Positions 51,001 to 64,000 of a stretch of 64,000 nucleotides of DNA are shown here, in pieces (the first letter of the stretch is position 1; the number at the start of each line of letters is the position of its first letter). Made by a program: the position numbers and the translations under genes. The notes beneath the pieces were generated by a model that saw only the letters and a list, made by a program, of their open reading frames with translations, ran no database searches and had not been told where the DNA came from. The stretch covers positions 37,392,401 to 37,456,400 of the forward strand of contig CM120641.1 of assembly GCA_051362555.1 (NCBI GenBank). The letters are read 5' to 3'. This DNA is from Lingula anatina. Taxonomy: Eukaryota; Animalia; Brachiopoda.

Positions 51001-54000
51001 ATTCATGTAACCATATAAAAATGAAAATTATATTGAGCCAAAAGGCAGCCTGATAATGTGTATCCAACGGTAATCTATATATATATTATCTAAGAATACA
51101 CGGAAAATAGTAATACTAAGTAGTGGCATTTCCAGATATGTAATATCAAAACGCTAATGATGAAAAATTATATATAAATAAATAAAAAGTCTGTTCACAA
51201 TTTAATAACCCTCTGCGGGAAATATTTACAATTTGGCGGGATACAGTAGGATTGAAAGGTTATGATTTATACAACTAGGTAAAGGCTGACTGGTCCAGCC
51301 CTGCTTGCTGCTTACGTACACTGCCATTTTTAGATTAAGGCAACATAATTTGATTAATAAAGCACTCATTATATAGAATAATCACAAGTTAATTAAGATC
51401 CATAATGATATCGGCTTCTGAGTCCATTCAAGGTATGCGTTAACGTACTGTAAATACAGATTGCTCATCCTCAACTGACGCTTTATATCTAAGGCTATTT
51501 CGTATATTATACATATCACACAGGCAAATTCAACAACATATTTGTACTATATAATTCTAATTCATATGCTATAAGCCAAAAAGGAGGAGAAGTTGCGTTT
51601 CATTGCTTATTCTATTCTGCCATTAATAAATAATAAACGCCGATCTTATTTTCAAAGAGATTGTTCAGATCAATACATCAACACTCACTGCCTATTATGA
51701 TAGGGTATGAAACTTTTTTGATTGATAACTAGGACCCAAAAATAACGATCTCTTTCAAAGTTCAGAATTTCGGTGTGTCTTATGTCATCAGTTGCTTCAT
51801 ATCCGTTAGGGAATGGTATATTTAATTAAGAAATTGTCCGGATGCTTGTGATCAAATTTGAAAACCCTGATCTATACCCAGCATATATTAAATCGTGGAC
51901 CTACGCAGAAAGTTAATCAATGAACCACAAACATGAAAATTTTGTTTACAGTATTTTTGTCACTACTTACTTTCCTGCAATTTTCATAATTGATCTACAC
52001 AGCAAATCTCCTTTGAGGGAGTAGTGCAGAGTAAACAATGCCAGCCAGCATACATAACCCAGCACAAAAGCTTCATTTTGCCAAACTTGAACCCTTCATT
52101 GAGGAAATGAATTGGAAAGTAATGGTCGATCACCACAAAAACACGCAGATCACAACCCAGATCCGACAGAACACTAGTCCTTACGTTTGATTCAACATAA
52201 ATCAATTAAGAAGCATGACTCGTGTACCCTGAAGTTGAACCACCAATGTGCTATGATTCTGCTATGCTGTTGGAAGTACTACTCTTACGGACTGAGATAA
52301 GATGAAATCCCTTTAGTGTTTTTGTTATTTGTTGAATGCCATGAGTTGAATAAGATAGAGGAATTCCGGTAGAAGTTCGCAGTGCAATGCAATTTGCTGG
52401 CGCTAACCGTTTTCACCAATGCCAATGTTAAAAAACATAAAAACTAAATATCTAGAAAGAGATTTTAATCACGTATTTGGTATTTTTTAAACGTTGTCAT
52501 GCAACACAGACTCATATGTTCCTGGCATGGTGGACACCACGTTTTAAAACTGTATGAAGACGCACCTGGCACTGGTAGTTAATACAGATAGAAGCGTGCT
52601 GGGACCTTTAACTAAAAGACCTCCAGATCCCCAATTTCTGAAATACAGGGTCCCAGTCTCTGTTATTATCTGTTATTATCTCTCTCTCTGTCCTAGAGAT
52701 GCGTCAAACGAGAGTGAAAAATAACAAATGGTTTTCTGATGAGAGAAAGGAAGTTTCCCTATGAAGTCTCATATGTCCATAAGCTAAAACGCCAAATCTT
52801 ATCGAACCTAGCCCACAGAGTTTTTTTCACTACATCAGTGTGGTAATATTAGAGAGTATGCAAACTTTCAGGACAATGAGGCCCATTAAAAGCGTGTCAG
52901 ATCAAAATTCCAATAATCTTTCTTTCTGATGTTGCAGTTTTTCTCTCTAGGCTCCTTGTGGGCCTTTTGGCAATAAGTCGTCTACTCCGAAAATGAGCAT
53001 ATTAAAAATGTTAACATAACAGTGGGTGGGGGATGATAAATTTATACACTGTTTACCAAGCTATTGCCAAAAAAATAACATAAAAAGACAATGAGTGGGA
53101 AACACATGTACGTAATAAGTCTGAACATTGTGTTCAGAATGCAATACAGACAATGAAATGGCAATTTGCAGGTCTGAGATTGAAAGGAAGGAGCGAGAGA
53201 GAGAGAAACAGAGAGAAACAGAGAACCAAGACAGACGCAAATGCTTGAGTCGGGTATTTTGGTTTCCTTTATGTATTCACCAAACAGCATCTGATAACCA
53301 AACGATATATCAAAACCATTACAGTGTAGTTCATGTTATTTTCAACGTTTTTTGTCTGGTGATCAATACACAAACTAGCCCTCATATATAATTACTGTAT
53401 AACTCATCAATTTATGGGCAATAAAAGCGCTCGGTTAAGATCATCCTCCATAACTCGCAATTGCCAAAAAAAAAAATCTTCGAACCATTTTGCTTTGTCC
53501 TCGTGGGAAACATGATAACCGTTATAATGAGGCTATAATTTAGATTATTGACTGCTAGAACCAAGATGCGAGAAATGTAAAGCTAGATCATAGTAATCAA
53601 TTATACCTGATGCGGTTTTGAAAAGCGATTAGTGCGCGGATACTCCACCACACTGACTTGCAACGCTCTCCACGGTTAATTAAATATGAGGCCGACACGA
53701 CAAGCTAGTAATTAAACTAAATCCAAATGCCTCGTCGAAGTAATTAACATGATGCTTGTCTGGCTTTAGGAACGAGTTTAAATCCCGACTTTTGTACATA
53801 TAAACGTTTTTTTTTCTCCATTTTGATAAACTTAACCCATGGCCTTTTTTTAAAGTATGCCCGTTAAAATAATTTTTCTATGAAATCTTCAAGCCCCTTA
53901 ATACAAATGACGTTTCGTTTTTCTACGGTAAACGCAACATGGAAGAAATGTGTATGCTTAGAAGCTTTGTCAACTCAATTCAACATAAGTAAGCACGCCA

Positions 54001-55088
54001 AGAGCATATTCCACATGAATGGATTAACGCGTAAAGATAACACAAGTCCAGGAAGACTATCTTGTCACAGAGTGTACCTTGACACTTAACATCAATCTTC
54101 CATTGTAGACAAGAGACAAGACAATGCACTCTCCACGCTTAAGTATTTGCTTTAGTTAACACATACGCAGGTTTGAGTAATTGATTGCAGGTAACATGGA
54201 CGTATATAGTTGCAACTTGCAGCCTACCTGTACGTAATACCAGCCAGGAGAGAATGAAGCTTGTTTGAAGCCACATTTTCATAGCAGGAGTAAACGCGAC
54301 GACAGGATACTAATGTCCGCTGGCAAATTATGTCCACTTGTCCATAGTATGCAATAACTGCATCGTGTGCGGTTCTCTGTTTGAAAATGATGGCGTGTTT
54401 CTAAGTCAAAGTCACTTGCTCCTTGCCTTAAAAGCAAATTCAAACACTTCGATCGGGAACCGGAACGCTACGTCATAGAATTATATCGATGTTGCGCGAC
54501 CTGCCTTCTCATAGCGCGGCTCGGAATATACATGGGTAGGGCACCTCTTCTTGTGTTTACAGTTTTTATTCAGATAAATATAATTTTCTTATTATGATGA
54601 TTTTGATAGCGTGTGATCACCTTCACCTACAGCGGACCGATTCCATCCGACAGACAACGCACGTATGTAATCTGCGCCTCTCTTGAAATATTCATAGTGA
54701 TCCTAATTGCTTTTTCCTTGGTGAATTGAATACATGCATTGCATGTTGAGCACTGCCAAGCGGAGCTCCCCTTGGGCTAAATTCCTTATTCGTACTCTTA
54801 CAATAAAGAAATGAATTTTGTGGCTTTTTAGTCAGGGTTTTGGTTGGTAAAGCGGATAGAGACTTTTTTGTTTGCAACCAACTTAAATCACTTATATAAA
54901 TACCGCCGGTTAGCAACAATTTTTACAGACAAACGGTTAATTTCCCTAGACGGATCAAAACATGTTTGTACGCTACCCAAGGGCTAAAACCGTGTTCCTT
55001 TTCTCATTTCTTCATTGAAACGCAGATCAGGAGAGTGGTGGGGTCATTAGGCCCTGTAATGCGTTCTCACCAGGATGTAAGATTCCAG

Positions 55089-55239
55089 GGCCCCCGTATC
55101 TCGAAGGCATCGCGCATTGCGACCGAGCGCAAGCGTCTCGATTCCATAACTCGCCATGCATACTCGCCCCATATGGGGGTTATGGAATCGAGACTCTTGC
55201 GCTCGGTCGCAATGCGCGATACGTTCGAGTTACGAGGCC
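55089..55239. mobile_element. Tourist/Harbinger-like foldback MITE (CAG TSD)
   Basis: Near-perfect ~65-bp arms (atcgcgcattgcgaccgagcgcaag.gtctcgattccataac and its reverse complement); cag on both flanks; GGCC termini. Confidence 0.85.
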
Positions 55240-55305
55240 CAGATAGTAGTGCGCGTGTGAAAGGGTGATTACATACAGATAATACCAACGATTAAAACAA
55301 TTTTA

Positions 55306-55539
55306 GACCGCATTCAGATTCACACATCGTACTAGCTGGGTCGGTCCAACTGTGCCGGAGATTCTCGCTGAAGTGCAATCAGGGTAATCAACTTCTTCGA
55401 GCAACACGCTTCCTCGAGCAGTAAGGGGTAATTAACTATAGTGTGCTGATTAAGCTAATTCCACTGATTGCACTTAAGCGAGAATCCCTGCAGAATTGGA
55501 CCGACCCAGCTAGTACGATGTGTGAATCTGAATGGGCCC
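55306..55539. mobile_element. Tourist/Harbinger-like foldback MITE (TTA TSD)
   Basis: Arms cattcagattcacacatcgtactagctgggtcggtccaa / ttggaccgacccagctagtacgatgtgtgaatctgaatg extending to ~90 bp; tta on both flanks. Confidence 0.85.
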
Positions 55540-58500
55540 TTAGTTTACGTTTTCCACGGGTTAATACTAAAGTGATACCATAGTAACACACAGTGGTAGT
55601 CGGAGTCCCATTGTGGACAAAAATAAGAGTACACACTCAAACTTAATTATCAATGTTTTGCCAAAATAGAGCATCTTGAGCCATTCGACCCTGAAGCAAT
55701 TTTTTTGAAAACAATTATTCTTCGTGAACGTATTGAAGCAACGGTAAAATGGACCCGATAGACTGCTTTGTGGCTGAAGCACTGCCAAAATTCTTGTTAA
55801 ATTGTTTTTGGCTCATCTGTCTTTTAAAGCCAAGTGGGACCTAAAGATTTAATTAGCCAGAATAGTGTTCGGGTTTTTCAAAAGATTACGAGAACACACT
55901 TTATTTATATCAAATTATATGGCTTCAGTGACTTATCTATCACTGCTAAAGAATGGATACGCCTCAAGACAAACATATCAATCAAAAACACAAGACACGC
56001 TTTTAAACAAAATCAATTCGAATGCACAGACATCAATTAACCTTTTCTAGTGACCCAGTAAATTTAGTGCAGTGCTACTCAATCGGAATCAGCCCTTTAT
56101 CCCCGTCCGACAAAACCAACCCGAAGAAGGAATCATCATTCACTTCTGAAAAATGCCTCAGAACTCGTAAGTACCATGATGACCTCGATTTCTAACAACA
56201 ATCCCTTGAAACTTAATACAGTGCAAGCAGTTCAAATGGCACATTCATTAAATGTTACATAGAAAGTCAAACGGTGTTATACAAATTTTATTCTCTTTGA
56301 TGACGATTTTTTATGGTTTTTAAGTGCACCACCAACTACATGTATACTTCTGTGGGTGTAAGGAGATTACTCGCATCACAATTTGACCTCTCGATAACCT
56401 TGACCCGTTGTCGTGAGTTTTGATTTTCAGTTGCGAATGGATATTTTAATGAATAGTAAACAGTTCTCTATATGCGGAAAACACAGTTCATATGATCTGT
56501 CTAATAATAAGTGGTAACGTTTACATGTTGTTATGGATTTCAGTCTGGCTTATCCGAATAACACCTTGAAAAAAATCATTTACAGGAAGTCTATATCCGT
56601 TGAGTTTTAAGCATTGTTAGAGCTCTTTCTTTATTCCATTGACTTTACTGTGAAAGGGAAATAAGAAAATCAAGTAAATTAAAAGCCCTTTCTATGTCGA
56701 ATTGAATGTAATTTTAAAGACATACCTATTGACTTCAGGTACGTAATATAAGCCGTTATCATGGTTTTACATCCGAAAACGGTAGTATACAACGCTAAAC
56801 AACCAAGAGAAAAATATCTGAAATGTCATGCATCTGTCATGTGAATTGATAGTCAAACCTACCAAATTATTGTCGTGTGTGCCGTGATAAGGCATTTATC
56901 CGACATGAAATGTTAGGCCTGATTGCGAGTGCCTAACATTGGCTGTCAAACGACTAGAAGTAAAAGATTAACTTTTGTATGATTAAACGCCTGATTTGAA
57001 TATATACATATAATAGAACATCTCATATATGAGGTATATGTCTGAAATATAATCCAGAGAGGAAAGGGAGGGGGACAGGAAAATATAAACGTTTGGAAGA
57101 TTATATACTATCAATGTTAAGAATAACTACATGGATTGATTTCACCTCAACTGAAAACAGCTTTTTCCAGAAGACTAGGTCAGATTATCAACTGTTGGTA
57201 GCAGGTGTCTCGTTTCAATATAAACTGTTTGTAGAATAAAGGTGTAGCCAAATGCCATGCTGTTTAAAGGCACAATAATGGGGCTCAAAGACAGCAGATA
57301 GATAAAAATTCCCATTTATAAAACATTTATCACCAAAAACAATCTATCGCTCTCCGGTATTGACGACTATCGGTTGGGTCATTCACATGTGAACAGTAGA
57401 CGGCGGCCGGATCATGCAGTTTGAGCATGGCTTCATATTTCAAACAATCACTTCAATATTCAAGAACACAACTAATTTTAAAATCCAGCGTAAAGAAATT
57501 TAAGCACGTGTAATGTCCATATCAAATTCCCATAACTATGTGTCTACATAGCTAGCTAGATATGGAAATGTGTAAGTTTGCTTTATTGAAATGAAAATTC
57601 CCCCACTGGGATGTCACGTGCGACCGGAAGGCAGACAGACGGCGGCGTGAGCATGATTTCGTGACGTTACCACCTTTCGGTCCCGCCAGTAATGCAGTTC
57701 GTATGTTCATGTTAAAGACAAACAACCGTTTCATTTGTTATGGTAACAAATATGTCCTTTGTATACGGTTACAATGCTTCAAACAGACAATCAGACAGAC
57801 AGGCGACCAACCATGAGCAGATTGAAAGGCACGGAGGGAGAAGGCAACTGTCTGTGCCTCACAGAAACCTTCCCTGCAATATGCATTTGGTTTTAACCTG
57901 AACACACACACACACACACACATACACACACACAACTTTTAACATGTTTAAGACTTGTAATGAATAAGATTATATGAACCGATAAGCACTTTTTACACAA
58001 AATTCCCAAAGGCAATTACAACATAAATGGAACAACCTTATGGCGCCATGCATTAGTAGATTGTAGGCCACTTTTTCACTTCCCAAGGGCAGTAAGCCGT
58101 TACATTAATGCTTGTATAACATTTCCCATCAGAAATGATTTTAGGAAGAGGGAATAGCGCGGTACCTTGCCAAACCTCACTGACTGGCACAATAATACTT
58201 ATCTTTCACAGCAAAACAAAAGCCGTTATCTTGCCATACATACAAGCGTTCTAAAAAGACATCTTTTACAGTTTAATAAGATACCACTTCAATTAAAAAC
58301 TTTTGCTGTTTTTTTCTTGGCGTGGGGGGAGAACGGTGTTTGTTAAGAAATATATTTTATGCGTGTTATTTACTTCTTGATTTCTGGAGTTCAAGCTTCA
58401 GAAAGCCATTTGCATGTCAAGTAGTGCTCTCAAAGGACTGCGAAGGCAAGGTGCACACGCTAGTATCGTATCTTGAACGCACGTTGCTATGATAACGCCT

Positions 58501-60961
58501 CACCTGAACTAAACCTGTTTTGCAGAAATTGCCCCACATTTAAATATTGGCATATCGAAACGATCATTTACTGTAGCCATCTGCAGCATGTAAATAAATT
58601 CAACTGCAACTAAAATACGCAATAAAGCAATCATGTGATGTGTATAATGCCAGTGGGACTGATCCGACAGATAATTGAGCACATTAATAAACATTAATAC
58701 ACTCATTTGATGTAAGATTTGCAAATATGTCCCATTTCTCTGTTGTAATTGACTGCAAAACTTGTAGGAAATGTTACCCATTAATTACAGAAGAAAGCGG
58801 AAATTATGCGGTCACTTAAAGTATCACACAAATATGGACCCTTAACGATATGGAAGCATAATTCCATTAGCCACCGCTAGTCGTAATCATTGCACGATTA
58901 TTACTGCATAATGCACATCATGTAAATAAAAGATGCGTTCCGATTGAAACCAGTTTAGTCTTCTTAAATATATAAAGTCATCTGCACATGAAGAATTCGA
59001 TTTTCATCAAGTAAAGTAATTTTAAAACAACCCTATACATATACCCAAAACAGGTGTTTCAATTTTGAAGCACTGTAGTTTGAGGCTTAGGATTATACCA
59101 TATATATATATGGAGGCCAACAAAAAAGGAAAAATACAATTTTTCAGTTTGGTATCTTTGCATGATCATAATCTGGTTAAAATTAACCAATTAAACATCG
59201 TTCTGCATCCCACCATGATGACAGAACACTGGCGTCTTTAAGAGTACGTTGCTAATATAAGTTTGCTCTGCTCTGTCGACTCTCCGCAGTGTTATGTCTT
59301 TATAGGTATAGATTTCCCATAAACAGACGAAAAGAAACATGTATGTTTTTTACACATTGCATGGACCCATGAGTTATTGTTGAGCATTTAGAATAAGAGA
59401 GAGAGAGAGTGTGTGTGAGAGAGTGAGAATGAATTGTTGGGGCTATCATGAATGCGTTCAAGCTTTTCCTCTCTTCTTGGGAAGATTGCTTAATGGCTCA
59501 TAACTCCCTCGATCACGACATAGCATTATGAACGTAAGATGTAAGATAGAGATCGATAGGTGATTAATATCGACCGACCGTACTCGTTTGGATTTTTGGA
59601 GCCTGGGAATACGATGTTACTAGTGGGTCAAATGAAGGTCAAATTACTTGTTTTAGTTTTTTCAATCTTTCCTAAACAATTAGAAAATCACAACCATTAG
59701 CGATTGGATCAAAGCAAGTGTCTAAGTTCAAGTTTGTTAAAAGGCAGACATTTATTGTATCATAAAAGAATGAAAATTTCACATTTATAAAGTTTTCAAT
59801 CATGTTACACAAAAGTCGTACGAAACACTATACTATTCACATAGATCGACAAATGACTGAAGCCAAGAGTGAAGTAGCGAGATAATTATTGTATGTAACG
59901 AGGTATTTAATACAATACTCAATCCGATCAATGGAATAAAAATATTTGTGAATAAGAATGAAATAAAAGAGATTTAACTCTTCAACGACTTTGTTATTTT
60001 TGTAGGCAATTATTGACAAAATGTTTTAACTTAAAACACAAATGGTGGATAATTGGCCACTGGGTAATTCTATCATAAAGAGATTTTTATTATTTTTGCA
60101 AGCAATCAATTGGTACCATAAACGTTAACATTTGGATCGAATTTAACCTCATTCAGTGCAACCTTCTAAGCTATTACCCAGATTTGTGTAATGCTTTGAC
60201 AACACGGCCATATTTTGATTAATAACTATGATTATGAGTCACGAAACAAGAACTATGGCTGGGTCTGAAGTCAGCATAGCTTTGCGTTTAAACCCAATAC
60301 TGCGATGTGTTCCTTTGTGTATTGTGACAAAGATAAAGAGGGGTCACGCCCTATAGCTAAATAAAGCCTCAGACTGGGTTATTAAAACCAAGATAGAGTA
60401 CAGAATAGAGGTGTTTGATGAGTAACCCTACATATTATTTGAATAAATTTTAATGAAAACTTACACCAATGTATCGACTTCCATTGTAGCTATAGCCCTA
60501 TGCGAGTACCATCAATCTGGATGGAGATGCAAGAAGGGTCATTACCAGCAGGGTGCTAAAAACTCGAGACTTCATATATGTGTCGAGCGTATAAGCTTTT
60601 GTGTCGCCCGTGGTACACCTTCTAATGCTCGATGTTTTTCTGTATTGCCTTCTTTCAAGGGACCAGGAGAGAATGCCACGGTTATTGTGGGTTATTAACG
60701 TGTAATAACGCCTACACGCAACCCCTCTTTATCATCAATGCCCTGGAAACTTTTTCGTACTCATGTTTGATATATTTTCAACAAAAAATAGAATCAACTT
60801 GAAGCAAATCATTTATAATTACATTCTATGAGACGAACCACACTGACTAATAGTAACAGCTGCACGCAAGGGCCAAAGGTACCTTGAAACCACAGAGTAA
60901 GGTTAATAACCACAAATGAACAAGGGCAAGCGGCAGTGATAGTGATGGTCGGTGGTAGAAG

Positions 60962-61202
60962 CAGTGGCGGATTTAGAGGGGGGTCAGGGGGGGTCTCGAC
61001 CCCTCCCCCCCACCTTCAATTTCTAAAAAATATATCACACCAATATTCCTGTCTTGAAATTAGAATTTTGGATGGCTAAATCATTGTTCTAAACTGTACC
61101 AAAGGGCACTATTTGCTCTCCAAAACACCACAAAAAAAGTCGGGGCCGCATCCCAGGCCTGTCGTTCCGGACCCCCTTCAAATAATCCTGGATCCGCCCC
61201 TG
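60962..61202. mobile_element. MITE with CAG...CTG termini and 5-bp TSD AGAAG
   Basis: cagtggcggatttag / ctggatccgcccctg TIRs, agaag on both flanks; related copy at 34347. Confidence 0.8.
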
Positions 61203-64000
61203 AGAAGTAAGAAAATTCAGAGTGGGTTGAGCTATCTCTCACTAACATCCATTTACACCGGGTTTGAAGCCGCTTGGAGAACAAATTTGACATACTCTCG
61301 CCGTTGGTTGCGGGTAATCGCCATAGGGTTGCAATGTGGCGGCCGAAGTGATCCGCTATTACTTGTAGTAGTCTGCCTGCCCTTCTCTCTCGGAGTCCCC
61401 ATTATACTGCGTGGATCGCCTCGTACATTTTCAAGTTTATGAAACAGTTCAAAACACTAACCATAGTCTTGCAACTATTGGCTCACAGCAAAGAAAGCCG
61501 ACTTTAAACCCTAAGTTTTTGCAATTAAAAACATACATAGTCTTAAAAGACTCGGTTAAATTTAACATGTGTATAGGGAAAAAATCCGGTTTCAATCACT
61601 AGCATTCTAATACATAATATATTCTATACATAATACCCTTATTAGATAGCAATATACGTCCGTAATTTGAGAAATATAAGAGAAGTCTATCTATTCAAGG
61701 TCATATTTGCTAGCCTTCTTTCTTTTTCTGAAACTCTCTCACACGTACTCACACAGCCACGCAAGAACGTGTAAGATAGGGTTGTCTGAACCGATGCCCT
61801 CATTGCATTATTGTGTGCGCGATTGGAAAAGGCGCCAATATCTAATTTGGGCTATTTCGATCGACTACTTTCCCACATGTATTCTTAGGTTAAAGAGCAC
61901 GCCATTGTCGGCCAACACGTCTCAAGGGCGCTATGTTTAACAATCGGATAAATTAAACAGGTTGAGTTAAAAGATCGCAAAAGCACTTAACATATAGTTG
62001 TAATGGCGGAGAGCCGCTGTTCTTCCCTGCTTAGTATTGTCTTTATGCTCGATTTTTGTGTGTAAACATTCGCTCCATTCTCAAAATGAATTTTTATCGG
62101 TAAATGATAGTATAATACTGGCTAAACTAATCACACTAAGATATTTAGATGTCGCATCTTCAACAAATGAATGTATTAAGCAAATCTGTGTGCATTTCTT
62201 TGATTTGGCTGATAAGAACAGTAAATCAAATTACAGCAAATGTAACATATTCATTATTTTTTTCGCTGATGAGCTAAATGAATGATGAAAAAGGCAAACT
62301 GTCCTGACTGTTGTTTGAAATAAAGTACTAATAAAGTACTAATGGTCTTCGGAAATGAAAGTGTTGTAAAATTGAACTAATAAATTTATCTAACATTCCT
62401 TAATACGAAATTTAACTGCAGTTTTAGGTTTGTAATGCGCACTGGAATTATATAAGATGCAGAAATTAAGTAATGTCTAAAACCGAAATCAGTTTGGAAT
62501 GTGTCCGATATATACATCAAAGTTATGTTGCTTTATATATTTATAACATTTTGAAAAAGAAAAGTTGGGTTTCAAAATAAGTCAATATCGGTAAGCTGAT
62601 AATATTTTTGGACAACTGATTCTGTTGTAAAATGACGGACACGGGCTCTTAAAGCTCTCAAATGGTACCGCAACGGCAAAACGACGTTAAAGCTTGATGT
62701 TGAAATATATGAATTTATTATTTTTATTTCAAAACAACAAGGAACTGGAACACGTACATATATACATGTAACAGATATGTCGTTTTGTGAATAGGTTCCG
62801 GCAAATGACTGAGAAAATAAAATCATGTAAAATTATCCTAAAAGAAATCATAAAGTAAGCCAATTTTCAGACCCTCTAAGTCGTCAATATCTAAATGTGA
62901 ATAGCATCGGGTAATGAAAACAGAACAATTAACAAGGATTTTCTAAAAGAGAATTGTCAAATGACTTGGATTAATTTTCATTTGGCTAACATGCCGCTTA
63001 AACAAAGTATGACAACGCAGTAAAATCGAATGCTGTCATATTTAATCCCAACACTTGACGTCAGTAAGAATTGACATTTTGGAAATATTCAAAGCAACGG
63101 CCTCCCAAGTTTTACAAAGTTAAGTAGGTAAAAACCAGTTTCACTAATTCGTGTATCAATAAGAAGTCCAAAAGAGATTCAACCGTGAATATTTACTTAA
63201 TAAATATACCAAGAAATAAAAATATTTAAAATCTATTTGGGCTCAAATAGGGCACAAAGCCATGTGTAATTTAAACTAACATAACTAATCTTTGTAGATT
63301 CCTGTAAATCTATACCCACTAGTAAGTAATGGTAGTCAGGCAACAAAACTGCCAGGATAGTGCATTTTCTGAATCTAGACACGGCGTGGACCAAATGAAA
63401 TAAAAATAGCGAATTGTCCTCAGAAAGATGTTCCCCCATGTACTACTTATTGTCAAAAAGGACCATTAAAATGTTCGCAGATCATAAAACATTGTCCAGG
63501 TGTGTTATCTTTCGAACACGATGTTCTGGTTGTCATCACATCTGGCTATCATTATGCACATCAATATAAATAAAACGTTAAAATTGATAAGTATACATAT
63601 CTGCTTTGTGTAATTTTTCTACGTATTCCAATTTTTTGTAATTGGCCTTTCAGATGAGATATGTGACTGGATATTTTAACCTTTAAAATAAATATAAGTG
63701 TTCTTTTAGCCAAAAAATGGAAGGTTTGTTTGATTGTTCAGTGACCTGTGTGGCATGTTTTCCTGCTAGTAATCTTTAGAAATGCGGAAAACTAAAATTA
63801 GTTCGATCAAAAAGCTTTAGAAAATTTCCAGTTGACTGTCTATAAACCTAACAGTTCACAAGGACCTTTTGTGAGAAAATGGAAATAAAAACCCAAGCAT
63901 ACACCCGTCAAGTTAAATGGAATGTGTAAGTAGATATTAGATTTATAGCACGGATATTGTAATATAATTCCAAACTAGCCCAGTGCGCCATATCAGTCTT

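Noticed and set aside
54966-55288. Overlapping ORFs on both strands sharing IATERK.LDSIT / VMESR.LRSVAMRD
   Set aside because: Artefact of the palindromic MITE; both strands read nearly the same sequence.
45300-64000. Protein-coding genes among the many 60-110 aa ORFs upstream of the nAChR
   Set aside because: No recognisable domains or consistent splice chain; lengths are as expected for random ORFs.

Overview
AT-rich, intron-containing animal DNA; gene content (xenopsin plus a PAK-type nAChR) points to a lophotrochozoan, probably a mollusc. I reconstructed three spliced minus-strand genes by hand: (1) a 15-exon DDX21/DDX50-family DEAD-box helicase (2466-12723) with a mitochondrial-presequence-like N terminus and an RGG/acidic tail; (2) a 3-exon xenopsin (21303-23434); (3) a nicotinic acetylcholine receptor alpha subunit with the anion-selective P-A-K pore motif (29317-45007). 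Between them lie a decayed ISL2EU-type transposon (transposase and YqaJ exons interleaved on opposite strands), Harbinger/Tourist, Kolobok and Helentron-like non-autonomous elements, and tandem repeats. The most striking signal is in the nAChR pore region (31387-33335). Two duplicated, frame-preserving M2 exons are accompanied by a Dscam-like docking site with two competing selectors, and by an intronic element complementary to the exonic P-A-K-M-Q codons, with an A:C mismatch that can fall on the Lys0' codon (predicted ADAR recoding PAK->PAR). An adjacent long hairpin and decoy partners complete the set. Together these suggest an RNA-structure switch coupling A-to-I editing to pore-exon choice. 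All pairings were found by eye; none were folded computationally or checked against transcripts.
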